Shown piece by piece: positions 9,626 to 19,999 of a stretch of 64,000 nt of DNA. The notes beneath the pieces are model-generated. The model was not told where the DNA came from, searched no databases, and saw only the letters and a list, made by a program, of their open reading frames with translations. A program made the position numbers and the translations under genes. The stretch is from an uncultured candidate division Zixibacteria bacterium (GTDB taxonomy: Bacteria; Zixibacteria; MSB-5A5; GN15; FEB-12). The stretch lies in NCBI GenBank assembly GCA_963806185.1, contig CAWDXE010000001.1:864001-928000 (forward strand), written 5' to 3'. Position 1 is the first letter of the stretch, and each line of letters begins with the position of its first letter.

Positions 9626-10843
9626 TCACTCGTAGCGAAGAGCCTCGATCGGGCTCAGTTTGGATGCTTTGAAGGCGGGATAGTAACCGAAAAACATGCC
9701 TACCGCCGCCGAGAAAAAGAAAGCGAGCAGAACGGAGCCGGTGCTGACATAGGTCGCCCAGCCGGCATACTTGGAGACCAGACTGGAAGCGCCAACGCCC
9801 AGGATGATGCCGAGGAGGCCACCGATAAGACTCATGAGGATCGACTCGACCAGGAACTGCTGAAGAATATCGCGGCGACGCGCGCCGATAGACATCCGGA
9901 TACCGATCTCACGCGTGCGTTCGGTCACCGACACGAGCATGATGTTCATGATGCCGATACCGCCGACGAGAAGCGATACCGAGGCAATGCTGGCCAGCAG
10001 TTTGGTCATGATGCTCGACGTAGAAGTGGCCATGCTGGCGATATCGGTCTGTGTGCGAATAGTGAAATCATCGGCCTGCCAGTCGGAGAGGCGGTGACGC
10101 GCGCGCAGGACTTCGGTGATCTGCTGCTGGGCCTCGGGGATACGCTGCTTGGTGACAGCCGAGGCAAGGATATTGGGGACGCGGTCAGTGCCGATGACTT
10201 TGCGCTGGACGGTGGAGAAGGGGGCAATGATCAGGTCGTCCTGATCCTGTCCCATGGCGTTCTGTCCCTTTGCATCGAGGACCCCAATGACCTTGAACGG
10301 GAGTTTGAGGACGCGGATCATCTGACCCACCGGATCCTGCGATGGAAACAGCTCATCGGCCACAGTTTTGCCGATCACACACACCTTGGTACCGCCCCGT
10401 TCGTCGGTCTCGGTGAACGCCTCACCGGACTTGATGCGCCAATCGCGGATGGAAAAGTACTCCGGATAGCCGCCCAGAATCTGCGTATTCCAATTCAGAT
10501 TGCCTGCCACCACCTGACGATTGGTGCGCGCGTTGGGGGTAATGTAAGCGACAGCCGGGCACTGCTCGCGGATGGCCGCTACATCTTCGAGAGTGAGGGA
10601 TTGTTGTGTGCCGGCACCGGAGTTGACACCACCCATCATGGAAGAGCCAGGGAAGATCATGAGAATATTCGTGCCGAGGCTGGCGATTTGGGTTTCGACC
10701 GCCGCTGTGGCGCCCTGACCAACCGCGACCATGGCCACTACCGCACCGACGCCGATGATGATGCCGAGCATAGTGAGCAGGGCACGCGTCTTATGGCGCA
10801 TGAGTGATTCTATAGCGGCACGGAGTATTTCGGCAAATTGCAT
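9626..10843 (-). CDS. MacB/FtsX-family ABC permease (no fused ATPase)
   Basis: LLTMLGIIIGV, GGIGIMNIMLVSVTERTREIGIR, ALRYE. Confidence 0.93.
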   Translation of the reverse strand: MQFAEILRAAIESLMRHKTRALLTMLGIIIGVGAVVAMVAVGQGATAAVETQIASLGTNILMIFPGSSMMGGVNSGAGTQQSLTLEDVAAIREQCPAVAYITPNARTNRQVVAGNLNWNTQILGGYPEYFSIRDWRIKSGEAFTETDERGGTKVCVIGKTVADELFPSQDPVGQMIRVLKLPFKVIGVLDAKGQNAMGQDQDDLIIAPFSTVQRKVIGTDRVPNILASAVTKQRIPEAQQQITEVLRARHRLSDWQADDFTIRTQTDIASMATSTSSIMTKLLASIASVSLLVGGIGIMNIMLVSVTERTREIGIRMSIGARRRDILQQFLVESILMSLIGGLLGIILGVGASSLVSKYAGWATYVSTGSVLLAFFFSAAVGMFFGYYPAFKASKLSPIEALRYE

Positions 10844-10845
10844 AA

Positions 10846-12276
10846 TCAGTGTCCCCCGCCGCCACTGGGACGTTGTCCGCTACTGCCGCCGCGCTGTTGT
10901 CCACCACCGCCAAAGCGGGGCATAAACGGATTCGTGCCTTGAACCGCGGCGGTAGCGGCTGACGTACTGGCGCCAACGATGACTTGATCGCCTTCGCCGA
11001 GCTCATCGGTAATCAACTCGACATACCTTGCGCTCTGAACGCCGCGGAAAGCAGTAACCGAGTGAGGCAGGCCGGCGGAATCGAGTACCCAGAGCGTAAC
11101 ACGCATCTTCTTATCCTGGGCGCCGATTGTAGAGTCGAATGGCTGTGGGCGCATGGGCATGTTGCTGTCAGGTACGCCCGCCAAGGCACCGGACTGCATC
11201 CGGCGCGGGCGACTCTCCATCCGGCGGCCGCCGGCACTGTCGGATGGCGATCGATTCTGAGCAAACTGGCGATTGGCCGAGTCGGAAGGATTAGGGGTCG
11301 TGCCCGGGCGGTTACCGTTACCATTGCCGTTGCCGCCGGCAAATTGCCCGGCCGTAAAGCCTTCAGGAGTGAACCGAATAGCCTGTACCGGCGCGCGAAG
11401 GACATTCTCCCGCTTCGCCGTTTCTATGGTCACCGTGGCCGTCATGCCGGGCATGAGTTTCTGCTCGGGGTTCTCGACGTCAATGATGACCACGTACGTC
11501 ACCACATTCTGGCTGGTTATGGGTTGCAGACGTACCTGGCTCAGCACACCCGAAAAGACGTCGTCGGGATACGCATCGACCCGGAACGTGACCGGCATGC
11601 CAACCTTGACGGTCCCGATGTCAGCCTCATCGACACTGGCCTCCACGCGCATCTTGGTAAGGTCGTTGGCGATGGTATAGAGCGTCGGCGCCGAAAGCGA
11701 GGCGGCCACCGTCTGGCCGACGTCGACACTGCGGGAAATCACCACACCGCTTATAGGAGCGGTGATGGTGGCGTATTTTAGATTCACCTGCGCACGCTGC
11801 AAGGCGGCCTCGGCCTGACGCAGCGATGCTTTGGCGGTTTCAAGAGACGTGGTGACGCCATCCAGATCGGCCTGTGATACCATTTGTCGGGCAAACAGGC
11901 CAGTGGTACGGTCGAAATTGCGCTGGGCTTCGTTCATCTGCGCCCGGGCGCGGTCAACGTTGGCCTGCTGTTCACCCACGGACGCCTGCAGAAAAGTAGG
12001 GTCGAGCTGGGCGATGAGCTGGCCTTCTTTCACCTTGTCGTTGAAATCAGCATACAGTTTGGCGATGGTGCCGGAGACCTGCGAGCCAACCTGAACGGTG
12101 GTAACCGCTTCCAGTGTCCCTGTAGCGGAGATGGAGGTTTCCACGGTGCCCCGGTCGATAGCCTCAGTACGGTAGACGACTGCTTCGGCGGTGCCACGGA
12201 AGAAGAAGAACCAGACAGCCAGGGCGGCAAGCGCCACCAAGCCTGTAATCCAAGTGATTATCGAGCGTCGTTTCAT
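10846..12276 (-). CDS. MacA-like efflux membrane fusion protein
   Basis: VQVGSQVSG, ITAPISGVV, GQTVAAS, LMPGMTA; Gly-rich tail. Confidence 0.93.
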   Translation of the reverse strand: MKRRSIITWITGLVALAALAVWFFFFRGTAEAVVYRTEAIDRGTVETSISATGTLEAVTTVQVGSQVSGTIAKLYADFNDKVKEGQLIAQLDPTFLQASVGEQQANVDRARAQMNEAQRNFDRTTGLFARQMVSQADLDGVTTSLETAKASLRQAEAALQRAQVNLKYATITAPISGVVISRSVDVGQTVAASLSAPTLYTIANDLTKMRVEASVDEADIGTVKVGMPVTFRVDAYPDDVFSGVLSQVRLQPITSQNVVTYVVIIDVENPEQKLMPGMTATVTIETAKRENVLRAPVQAIRFTPEGFTAGQFAGGNGNGNGNRPGTTPNPSDSANRQFAQNRSPSDSAGGRRMESRPRRMQSGALAGVPDSNMPMRPQPFDSTIGAQDKKMRVTLWVLDSAGLPHSVTAFRGVQSARYVELITDELGEGDQVIVGASTSAATAAVQGTNPFMPRFGGGGQQRGGSSGQRPSGGGGH

Positions 12277-12564
12277 TTGCTGCTTTCCACAATTTCTGAC
12301 TTTTCAGTCAACTTAGCTCCCGGCAAAGTAGAGCCGGGAGCACTGGCTGTCAATGACAACCGGACCGGTTGTTTTGTCCCTCTGGCAGGCCGGTGTCCTG
12401 GGCCGGTCACGAGGCGCATGGCAGCCAATTCATATGCTCTAGATTAGACAGCGCAATGGGCAAATGGATTACCGGATAATGCGAAAAAGTTGGGGTATTG
12501 GGGTGCCGATATCAGGCGGCGCGGCGAACCGGGCCGCGCCGTCCTTTCTTTCCGGCTTGCCTCC

Positions 12565-14383
12565 TCACAGTCCGGAAATACGCATGCTCGACGGGAAACT
12601 GACCTGGATGGGAACTGAAAGGGAGTCAGTTTGCCCGGGAGCGAGGGTAATCGTCCAGACCGCCCGACCCTGGTAGTCGATTTGCGGCTTGGGGATATTG
12701 TCGGAGTCGAGGCGGACCTTGATGCGATCGTCCTGAGACAATGACAACGGCTCTTCAAGCTGGATGGTGCTGGTGAAATTGGAGTGGTTTTTCAATGTGA
12801 ATCGCACCATCTGGTCGACTTTGGTTTCGCTCTTCTCGCGATCGCGGGTAACGTTGGTCTGCTTGCGTTCTACCGAGACGCGATTCTCGCGACCGAAGGG
12901 CAGTTCAAATTCGGCATTCTGCGGAATGAGGCGAATCAAGCTGCTGGCGCCGATATATTCGGTTCCGGTGAAGAGGGCGACGGGGCCGGAAAGCAGCGGC
13001 ACAACTGCCTGATTGGTGAGCGTAACAACGCGGTACGCACCTTCGAGCGCACGCGGTCGGGCGAGGATTTTGGTTTTGGCCTCAAGTTGCCAGTCGCCGA
13101 TGATGGTGCGTACCGGTTCCTGGCCGGATTTCACCGTTTCAGGGCGACGGGCTTTGAAGGTAACCGGCACGCCGGGAAGCAAACCAGGAGAATGTGCCCG
13201 AAACAAGCGCGAGATTCTCGCCGGCACGACCGACACCGCCGAGGGGATCGCCGATGGGGACGCCCTCAACCGTGTATGACATTTCGCCAGAGTTGCCGCC
13301 CCTGATGAAGACGCGGTCAGTTGATGTCGTCTGCACGCCTCCTACACTCTTGAGCATTTCGTCTACCGACTGGGCCGGGCGACGTTTGATGGATTCCTGC
13401 GCAATGGAAACTTGATTGGTGGTCGCAAATTTGTCGATGATGTCGCGTGTGCCGATTACGGTGATAGTTTTGCCAATGTCATTCGCCGGTTCGATGATCT
13501 TGAGCGAATAGGGTCGGTATTCTCCGGGGCCGACATTGCTGTTGGGGTTGGAGGTCGACAACACTAATTCAACGCTGTCCCACTGTTCGCCGGTCGATTG
13601 GCTGATGAGCGCGAAAGCTGTCATTTCGACGAGCTTTCCATCGGGAGATAGACGAGCGTCGTACGCCGGAGTCCAGGAGGCGCCGGCAATCATGTAGGAA
13701 ACGAGCACGGTGCAAGTTGAGGGAGCTTTTGCCTGCAGGTCGACGAAGATCGACCGGCCGACGTGGCGAATTTCATCGTATGCACGCGAAATCTGGCCGT
13801 CGCAAGCGGAAATCCGCTGGCCCAGATCACCCAGAGCGCGGTCTGATTCACGCAGCGAGTCGCCGACCTCGATCATGCGTTGGCCGACAAACCGAAAGGC
13901 GCCTTCCCACTGCGCGACGTTGAGCGCCCCTTCAGACATCTGTTGTCCAACAGCTTGTTGGGAGACTCCCTGAAATGAGGCTAACAATTCTTTTTGTGCC
14001 TGGAATGCGGCGCGATGGTCATTGATGAGATTGCGCTGCCTGATCAAGCTGTCGCGCAGTTTCGCGGCACCGCTGACGTCGCGACTAACCCGCTCGACGT
14101 AGTCCTTGGCCTCCTGCCGGAAGTTCACCATCGTGACACCGTTGTCACCCGGCACTTCGACACGGTAACTGCCGGGATCACTGTTTGTCGGCAGATTTTC
14201 GACAAGGACAGTCTGATTACCCGGCTGCAGATTCACCACCGCGGCTCGCACGACGCGAGCCATGTCCGCATACACGGTGACTTGTTTGATGGGAGCCCGG
14301 ACTGTTTGCTGGGCGGCCTGGATTCCGGACAACGGCGCGACCGCAATCAAGGCACCCACTACCCACCGATAATCGATACGCAT
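12565..14383 (-). CDS. DUF4140/DUF4139 (MuiA-like) secreted protein with an internal TonB-plug-like segment; frameshift near 13200
   Basis: IKQVTVYADMARV, ASWTPAYDARL, QSTGEQWDSVELVLST, LLSGPVALF; plug-like FIRGG..GEMSYTVEGVPI. Confidence 0.8.
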
Positions 14384-14506
14384 ATAACACCCTCCCGTGG
14401 TCGTCTGACCACACTGTGCGTTTTGGCGCGTATCTCTGGCACGTCGGCGCCATGTAGTGCGTGGGGAGTCTATGGATATGACGGCGGGGTGGTGCAGATT
14501 GTGCAA

Positions 14507-14528
14507 GGTGAGGTGAGGTGAGGTGAGG
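14507..14528 (+). repeat. Short tandem repeat (GGTGA)x4
   Basis: ggtgaggtgaggtgaggtgagg in the divergent intergenic region. Confidence 0.7.
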
Positions 14529-14557
14529 CGATGGCGTATGATTGGGCACTGGACACT

Positions 14558-14589
14558 GAGATTCTGGAGCCTGCGGCTCCAGAATGACG
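14558..14589. repeat. REP-like hairpin
   Basis: GAGATTCTGGAGC-CTGCG-GCTCCAGAATGACG. Confidence 0.75.
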
Positions 14590-14735
14590 ATGGGGGGGCA
14601 CATGTACTCCATTAATAGTAACGGAGACAATAACCTTGACGATGTAATCCACTACCTGTACCTTGAAGATGAAGGTGAAAAAGGGAATATGTCGAACTGT
14701 GGGGCTGATAATTTGTCGATAGCAGTGAAAATCAA

Positions 14736-16502
14736 TTGGATCGCTATATGATCGTCGACACCGCCAAACTGAAGCGGTTGTGGCGGTACCTGAAGCCGTA
14801 CTGGCATCTGGAGCTCGTCACGTTATTCGTCATGGCGGTCCTGGCCATGATCACGCTGGCACTTCCGCTCGCCCTGCAGTACATGGTCGATACGCTCATT
14901 CCGTCGCTGGCCGGCAAAGGGAGCAACGTCGACCTGACACCGGTGATTGTCTTTGGTCTGGTGCTGTGCGGTATCTACTTCGTCAACATACTGATATCCT
15001 GGTCGCGCGACTGGTTGGTGGTGACTGTTGGCGCGAATATCATCAAAGACATGCGGGCGCACTTCTTTGCGCATTTGCAGCAGCTGTCGCTGACCTTCCA
15101 CAAGGATCGGCAGATCGGCGAGACGATGTCGCGGCTGTTATCGGATGTCGGCCGGGTGCAGGATCTGCTCACCGAGACTCTCCTGATGACACTGACCAAC
15201 TTCTTCCTGTTGGCGGCAGTTATGGCCTACCTGCTGCATACCAATTGGCTGTTGACGTTGATAGCGGTGATTCCGGTGCCACTGACCGTGCTGGCCACCC
15301 ATAAATTCGGACAAAGGATGAACGTACTGGCGACATGGCACCAGCAGATATTGGCGAAGCTGTCGGCGAGACTTCAGGAGTCTCTGCTCTCGATCAAGAC
15401 GGTCAAGGCATTCGGGCAGGAGAAACGGGATCAGCAGGCGGTGGGGGTGGTGCTGACCGATCTGGTGACTGTGTCGCGCAAGGTAAGTGTGACGATGTCG
15501 GTGGCAACAAACATCATGCAGTTCGTGAATATGATCGGGCCGATCATCGTGCTGTCCTGGGGCGTTTACCTGGTGGCCACCGGCGGCATGAAGCTCGGTG
15601 AACTGATCGCCTTCTACGTGCTGTTGAGCTATCTGTACACGCCGATCAGCTCTCTGGCGGGGGTGGTGATGCAGGTGCAAACGTCGATGGCGTCCGTTGA
15701 TCGCGTATTCGAATATCTTGATATCCCGCCGACGGTGCAGGAGGATCCCAATCCGATCATTCTGACGGAAGCCAGAGGGGCGGTCGAATTGCGGCAGGTG
15801 ACATTCAGTTATGAGGGGTCGCCATTCCGCATTGACAAACTGTCACTCGCCGTGCAGCCCAAGGAGAAGGTGGCGATTGTCGGACCGTCCGGGTGCGGCA
15901 AGACAACTATCATCAATCTCGTCATGCGCTTCTTTGATCCCGAGAGCGGCGAGGTGCTGCTGGACGGGATCGATTTGCGCAAGATAGCGCTGACATCGCT
16001 ACGCCGGCAGGTGTCGCTGGTGGATCAGGAGCCATTGTTGTTTTCGATGTCGATTCGGGAGAATATCGCCTACGGAAAGCCCGAGGCAACACTGGATGAG
16101 ATTATTTCCGCGGCCAAGGTAGCGAACATTCACGATATGATCCTGGCACAGCCGGAAGGGTACGATACGGCGGTGGCGCAGCGAGGCTTGGGATTATCGG
16201 GTGGAGAACGCCAGCGGTTGTGCCTGGCGCGGGCGATATTGACCAATCCGGCGGTGCTGATACTGGATGAGGCGACGTCGGCGCTCGACTCGCAGTCGGA
16301 GCATCTGATTCAGCAAGCGCTGACGAAGATATTGAAAGACAAGACGGCGATTATCATTGCCCATAGATTGTCGACGGTGCAGCATGCAGACCGGATCGTG
16401 GCGCTGGAAAACGGAAAGATTATCGATATCGGGCGTCACGAGGAGTTGACGGCGCGGTGTGCGATGTATCGTGATCTGGCAGCGAAGCAGCTGCTGGTAT
16501 AA
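14736..16502 (+). CDS. ABC exporter, fused TMD-NBD (MsbA/Sav1866 type)
   Basis: Multiple N-terminal TM segments; GPSGCGKT, LSGGERQR, ILDEATSALD, IAHRLST. Confidence 0.93.
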   Translation: MDRYMIVDTAKLKRLWRYLKPYWHLELVTLFVMAVLAMITLALPLALQYMVDTLIPSLAGKGSNVDLTPVIVFGLVLCGIYFVNILISWSRDWLVVTVGANIIKDMRAHFFAHLQQLSLTFHKDRQIGETMSRLLSDVGRVQDLLTETLLMTLTNFFLLAAVMAYLLHTNWLLTLIAVIPVPLTVLATHKFGQRMNVLATWHQQILAKLSARLQESLLSIKTVKAFGQEKRDQQAVGVVLTDLVTVSRKVSVTMSVATNIMQFVNMIGPIIVLSWGVYLVATGGMKLGELIAFYVLLSYLYTPISSLAGVVMQVQTSMASVDRVFEYLDIPPTVQEDPNPIILTEARGAVELRQVTFSYEGSPFRIDKLSLAVQPKEKVAIVGPSGCGKTTIINLVMRFFDPESGEVLLDGIDLRKIALTSLRRQVSLVDQEPLLFSMSIRENIAYGKPEATLDEIISAAKVANIHDMILAQPEGYDTAVAQRGLGLSGGERQRLCLARAILTNPAVLILDEATSALDSQSEHLIQQALTKILKDKTAIIIAHRLSTVQHADRIVALENGKIIDIGRHEELTARCAMYRDLAAKQLLV

Positions 16503-16521
16503 TCATCCAGCATTCGGGCCA

Positions 16522-18201
16522 TTAGGTCGTCGCGGTTTGCTTGCCTCCCCCCTTCCTCATCACCATCACCAACGCCCTAATCGCCAGGAACAGCGCCAGT
16601 GAAATCAGTAATGCGGCGGCGATACCGTTGATGATCGAGCCGGCAGTCGGTGTGCCGGTGGTCAGATCGGCGAGGCCAAGTTGAGTCAGCGACCAGAGAG
16701 TGATCGTCAGCACGAAAATCATCGGCAGCAACGTAAAGGCGATGCGCTGGCGCGCCTGATAGAGCCACATCGTGATGGCCAGCAGAGTCAACGCGGCCAG
16801 CAATTGATTGGCGGCGCCAAACAGTGTCCAGAAAAGACGCCAGCCGTTTTGATCTGATGTCAGGACGAAGAAGACCGGCAGCGCGATGGTCGCCAGCGTG
16901 CTGAGCCATCCCCATCCGATCCCCGGCTTGCCGATAAATTCCTGAATGATGTACCGTCCGAGACGCGCACAAACGTCGAGGGTGTCAAAGACGAAGGTCG
17001 AAAAGGCCATCGCGCCAAAGGTGATGGCGAACGGCAGGTTCTGTTCCCCAATGATCAACGTCAGAAAATGACCGATGCCGTTGCCATAGATGGTGGCCGG
17101 GTTCATCCCCTTCTGCTGATCGGGCGACAAGATCATGATCGTAACAAGGGCGATGAAAGCGACAAAACCCTCGGCCAGCATGGCGCCGTAGCCGACCTTG
17201 TGAATGTGCGATTCCTTTTCGATCTGCTTGGACGTCGTGCCGGAGCAGACCAGGCCATGGAAGCCGCTGCAGGCGCCGCAGGCGATCGTTACGAACAAGA
17301 ACGGGAAGAGACTGCCGGTCTTGCCGCCGATACTCCACGAGGTGAACATGGTCTGTTTGATTTCGTAGCCACCGGCGAAGATGCCGATGACGCCCAGTCC
17401 CAGCGCCAAAAAGAGAATGAAGCCGCCGAGATAGCCGCGCGGCTGAAGGATCAGCCAGGCCGGTGCGACGGAGGCGAGCGAGCAGTAGATCAGGATCAGC
17501 AGGCCCCACACGCGTATATCCATGATGAACGAATTGGCGATCAGGGTGCCGAGCCAGACGACACCCAGTGTCGCCGGGACGAAGATGATGGTGAGCAACC
17601 AGAGTGGCGGTTTGAGAAATCGCTGGACCAAACCCATGATCATCGAGAGCGCCAGATACATCGTGCCGGCTGCGGCGACGGCGCCACCGGGATGGAATTT
17701 GGTGACAATGCCCTGAAGTTCTTCAGGCGCGGTGACAAAACTGGCGGCGGTGATCTGCGTGAAGGCGACGATGACGTATATAAGGGTGATCCAGATGAAG
17801 AGCATCATGGCGGTGCCCGCTTTGTACCCCATGTGCTGGCGGACGATGTCGGCGATCGAGCGAGCGCCGTGCCGCACGGACGCGGTGAGGCTCGAGAAGT
17901 CGTGCACGGCGCCAATGAGGACGACACCAAAGCCGATCCAGAGCAGGCAGGGGAGCCAGCCGAAACTCTGACAGGCGAGGATGGGGCCGGCGATCGGGCC
18001 AGCGGCGGCGATGGCGGAGAAGTGCTGGGGAAAGAGGTAGTACCATTTGACCGGGACGAAGTCGAGGCCGTCGTTGATTGTGGTGGCGGGGGTCGGTTTG
18101 GAATCATCGAGCTTGAATTGGCGGGCGACCCAGCCGCCGTAGAGACGGTAAGCGAGCGCGAGGACGCCGAGAAAGAGAATGGCCAGAAGCGGTAGGCTCA
18201 T
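16522..18201 (-). CDS. cstA: Carbon starvation protein A family transporter
   Basis: HFSAIAAAGPIAGP, GAVHDF, TIACGACSGFH, GYGAMLAEG, FGAANQLLA. Confidence 0.93.
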   Translation of the reverse strand: MSLPLLAILFLGVLALAYRLYGGWVARQFKLDDSKPTPATTINDGLDFVPVKWYYLFPQHFSAIAAAGPIAGPILACQSFGWLPCLLWIGFGVVLIGAVHDFSSLTASVRHGARSIADIVRQHMGYKAGTAMMLFIWITLIYVIVAFTQITAASFVTAPEELQGIVTKFHPGGAVAAAGTMYLALSMIMGLVQRFLKPPLWLLTIIFVPATLGVVWLGTLIANSFIMDIRVWGLLILIYCSLASVAPAWLILQPRGYLGGFILFLALGLGVIGIFAGGYEIKQTMFTSWSIGGKTGSLFPFLFVTIACGACSGFHGLVCSGTTSKQIEKESHIHKVGYGAMLAEGFVAFIALVTIMILSPDQQKGMNPATIYGNGIGHFLTLIIGEQNLPFAITFGAMAFSTFVFDTLDVCARLGRYIIQEFIGKPGIGWGWLSTLATIALPVFFVLTSDQNGWRLFWTLFGAANQLLAALTLLAITMWLYQARQRIAFTLLPMIFVLTITLWSLTQLGLADLTTGTPTAGSIINGIAAALLISLALFLAIRALVMVMRKGGGKQTATT

Positions 18202-18324
18202 TTCCAACCTTCATCGAGAAAAGTTCAATGACAAGCTGATATAAAGTATGAGTTGCCGCGAGATGCGCAACAACAATCGCGACGCAAAATTCCGCGGATG
18301 CGGCGTGATGCGAGGGGAAATACG

Positions 18325-18354
18325 AACGGACGGAGCCGCCGCGCTCCGTCCGTT
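18325..18354 (-). terminator. Probable terminator after the DUF5666 gene
   Basis: AACGGACGGAGC-loop-GCTCCGTCCGTT, 12-bp stem. Confidence 0.6.
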
Positions 18355-18399
18355 TTCGTGTGCAGAAGTGACCGAGTTACGGTCACTATCCGAACAGGA

Positions 18400-19371
18400 T
18401 CAGATGGTGTTGTCCTTTTTCATGCGGCTGATCGCCAAATGTCCGGGTGTCGTTTCCACCGCTTTGACCTCGACGATCTCGCAGACGAAGAAGTCTTCCA
18501 GCGTGATTGTCTCGCCGCTGTAGCCAAGCAGTTCTGCATCAATGGCGACCGTGCCGGTATCGGTGCGGTTGAAGAAGGTGATGATGCGGTTGGCGTAATC
18601 AAGGCTGCCGATCATCCCCTTGAATTCCACTTCGGGAGTGGCAGCCTCGTTTTCATGATCGTTGTTTTCAACTTTCACGACGGCCGCGTAGATGGTGGTA
18701 GTGTTGACGGCAGTGCCCTCGACTTCAACCGTGTCGCCGACTTTCAAATCGGCAAAGGCGATCTGCTGTTTGCCTTCCAGGTCATCATTCCCCTGAGAGA
18801 GCGTGGTGCTCGCTTGTGAACGGCTGACATGGGCATAGAAGCGGGAGAGTGAGTCGGTGGTGATGGTCTCGGTGCGGGTGTCGACGGTGAAAGTGCCGGC
18901 GACAAAATCGATGCCATTGATTATGGCTTTGAATTCGACCTCATTTTCCGGACCGTGTTCCGCTTCGTTATGTACGCGTACACGGACGCGGTTGGCGAGC
19001 AGGCCGCTGCCGGCAAGGTCGCCGCGAACCTCGACCGAATCACCGGCGGCGATTTGATCGAGGGTGATGGGGGTTTCGTCACCGCTGTTCTTGAGCACGA
19101 CTTCGGCGTCGGCCGCAACCATAATCAGGACGGTGGAACCGACGAAGGTCATGGTGCGAGCTGCGGCTTCGAGTGTCTCCACCCGGCCGGCCAGTTCGTT
19201 GCTGGAAGCAGGAGAACCAGGGGAAGCAGGGCCGCCCGCTGTGAGGTTGCTGCTTTGTGCCGTCGCCTGCGAGCCGAGGGGATTATGCGTAGAATCAGAG
19301 CATCCGATCGCCAGCAAGCTGACGATTGAGATAGCCGCGGCGGCGGTCGTAAAGCGTAGTGCCCGTGTCAT
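18400..19371 (-). CDS. Lipoprotein with three DUF5666-like beta-repeat domains
   Basis: Lipobox AIGC; repeated 'GDSVEVRG / GDTVEVEG / IVEVKA' units; AGGAGG SD. Confidence 0.8.
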   Translation of the reverse strand: MTRALRFTTAAAAISIVSLLAIGCSDSTHNPLGSQATAQSSNLTAGGPASPGSPASSNELAGRVETLEAAARTMTFVGSTVLIMVAADAEVVLKNSGDETPITLDQIAAGDSVEVRGDLAGSGLLANRVRVRVHNEAEHGPENEVEFKAIINGIDFVAGTFTVDTRTETITTDSLSRFYAHVSRSQASTTLSQGNDDLEGKQQIAFADLKVGDTVEVEGTAVNTTTIYAAVVKVENNDHENEAATPEVEFKGMIGSLDYANRIITFFNRTDTGTVAIDAELLGYSGETITLEDFFVCEIVEVKAVETTPGHLAISRMKKDNTI

Positions 19372-19420
19372 GTGTGTCCTCCTGAGACTGGTGAGCGTTG
19401 TAGTCAATTCTCGTGTTGTC

Positions 19421-19455
19421 TACTACCAAGAGCCACGGAGTCGATGATTCGTGCA
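19421..19455 (-). promoter_or_regulatory. Putative ECF-sigma promoter of the DUF5666 gene
   Basis: TGCACGAAT-N14-CTCT-T-GGTAGTA; same elements and spacing as 24697-24734. Confidence 0.7.
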
Positions 19456-19492
19456 GGAAACCGACGGGAATTTCATGAGCAGAGGTCGGGAT

Positions 19493-19895
19493 CCCCACCA
19501 GCCCTCACCCCAGCCCTCCCGGAGCAAGAGGGGCTGCCGAGATATGCTAATACGGATGGAATCCGCCTACGATGTCATCGCGAGGCGCGTTGCGCGCCGT
19601 GGCGATCTTTCAGTCTTCCTTCACTCTTCCTAGTTGTCGGGCTTCTTGATCAATTGGAAAAGGAAGCCTGACCTACGAAGAAATGCGCCCCCACCAGCCC
19701 TCACCCCAACCCTCCCTAAAGGGAGAGGGAGAGAGAAGATAGCGTCAGGCCACACGCCGCTAAGAAGCGGCGCACGACCTGACGCAACGAACATGGGATG
19801 CACATCCCATGGATTCCGGACCGCTGGTCCGGAATGACAATGATGCAAAGGTTCTTCACTCTGAGATTCTGGACCAAGGGTCCAGAATGACAATG
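19493..19895. repeat. Cluster of REP-like elements from several families
   Basis: CCCCACCAGCCCTCACCCC(A/A)CCCTCCC-type unit twice (~19493, ~19689); TGTCATCGCGAG..GTGGCGATCT 19573-19608; GATTCYGGACC..GGTCCRGAATGACAATG at 19806-19842 and 19863-19895. Confidence 0.75.
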
Positions 19896-19999
19896 TAAGA
19901 AGCATGTTTTGGGTTGGCTCGCGCACGAGACGTGCGCCGGACAGAGAACCGGCCGGGTGGGTCCCGGCCGGTTCAGACAACACGAGGTGAACAGGTTGG

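Noticed and set aside
14400..14735. RiPP precursor next to the ABC exporter
   Set aside because: No credible small ORF with an RBS, and no modifying enzymes or C39 peptidase domain
17068..18195. 375-aa ORF on the + strand
   Set aside because: Antisense shadow of cstA
19806..19895. Two similar palindromes separated by about 20 bp (mini-CRISPR?)
   Set aside because: Only two non-identical units of a dispersed repeat family; no cas genes
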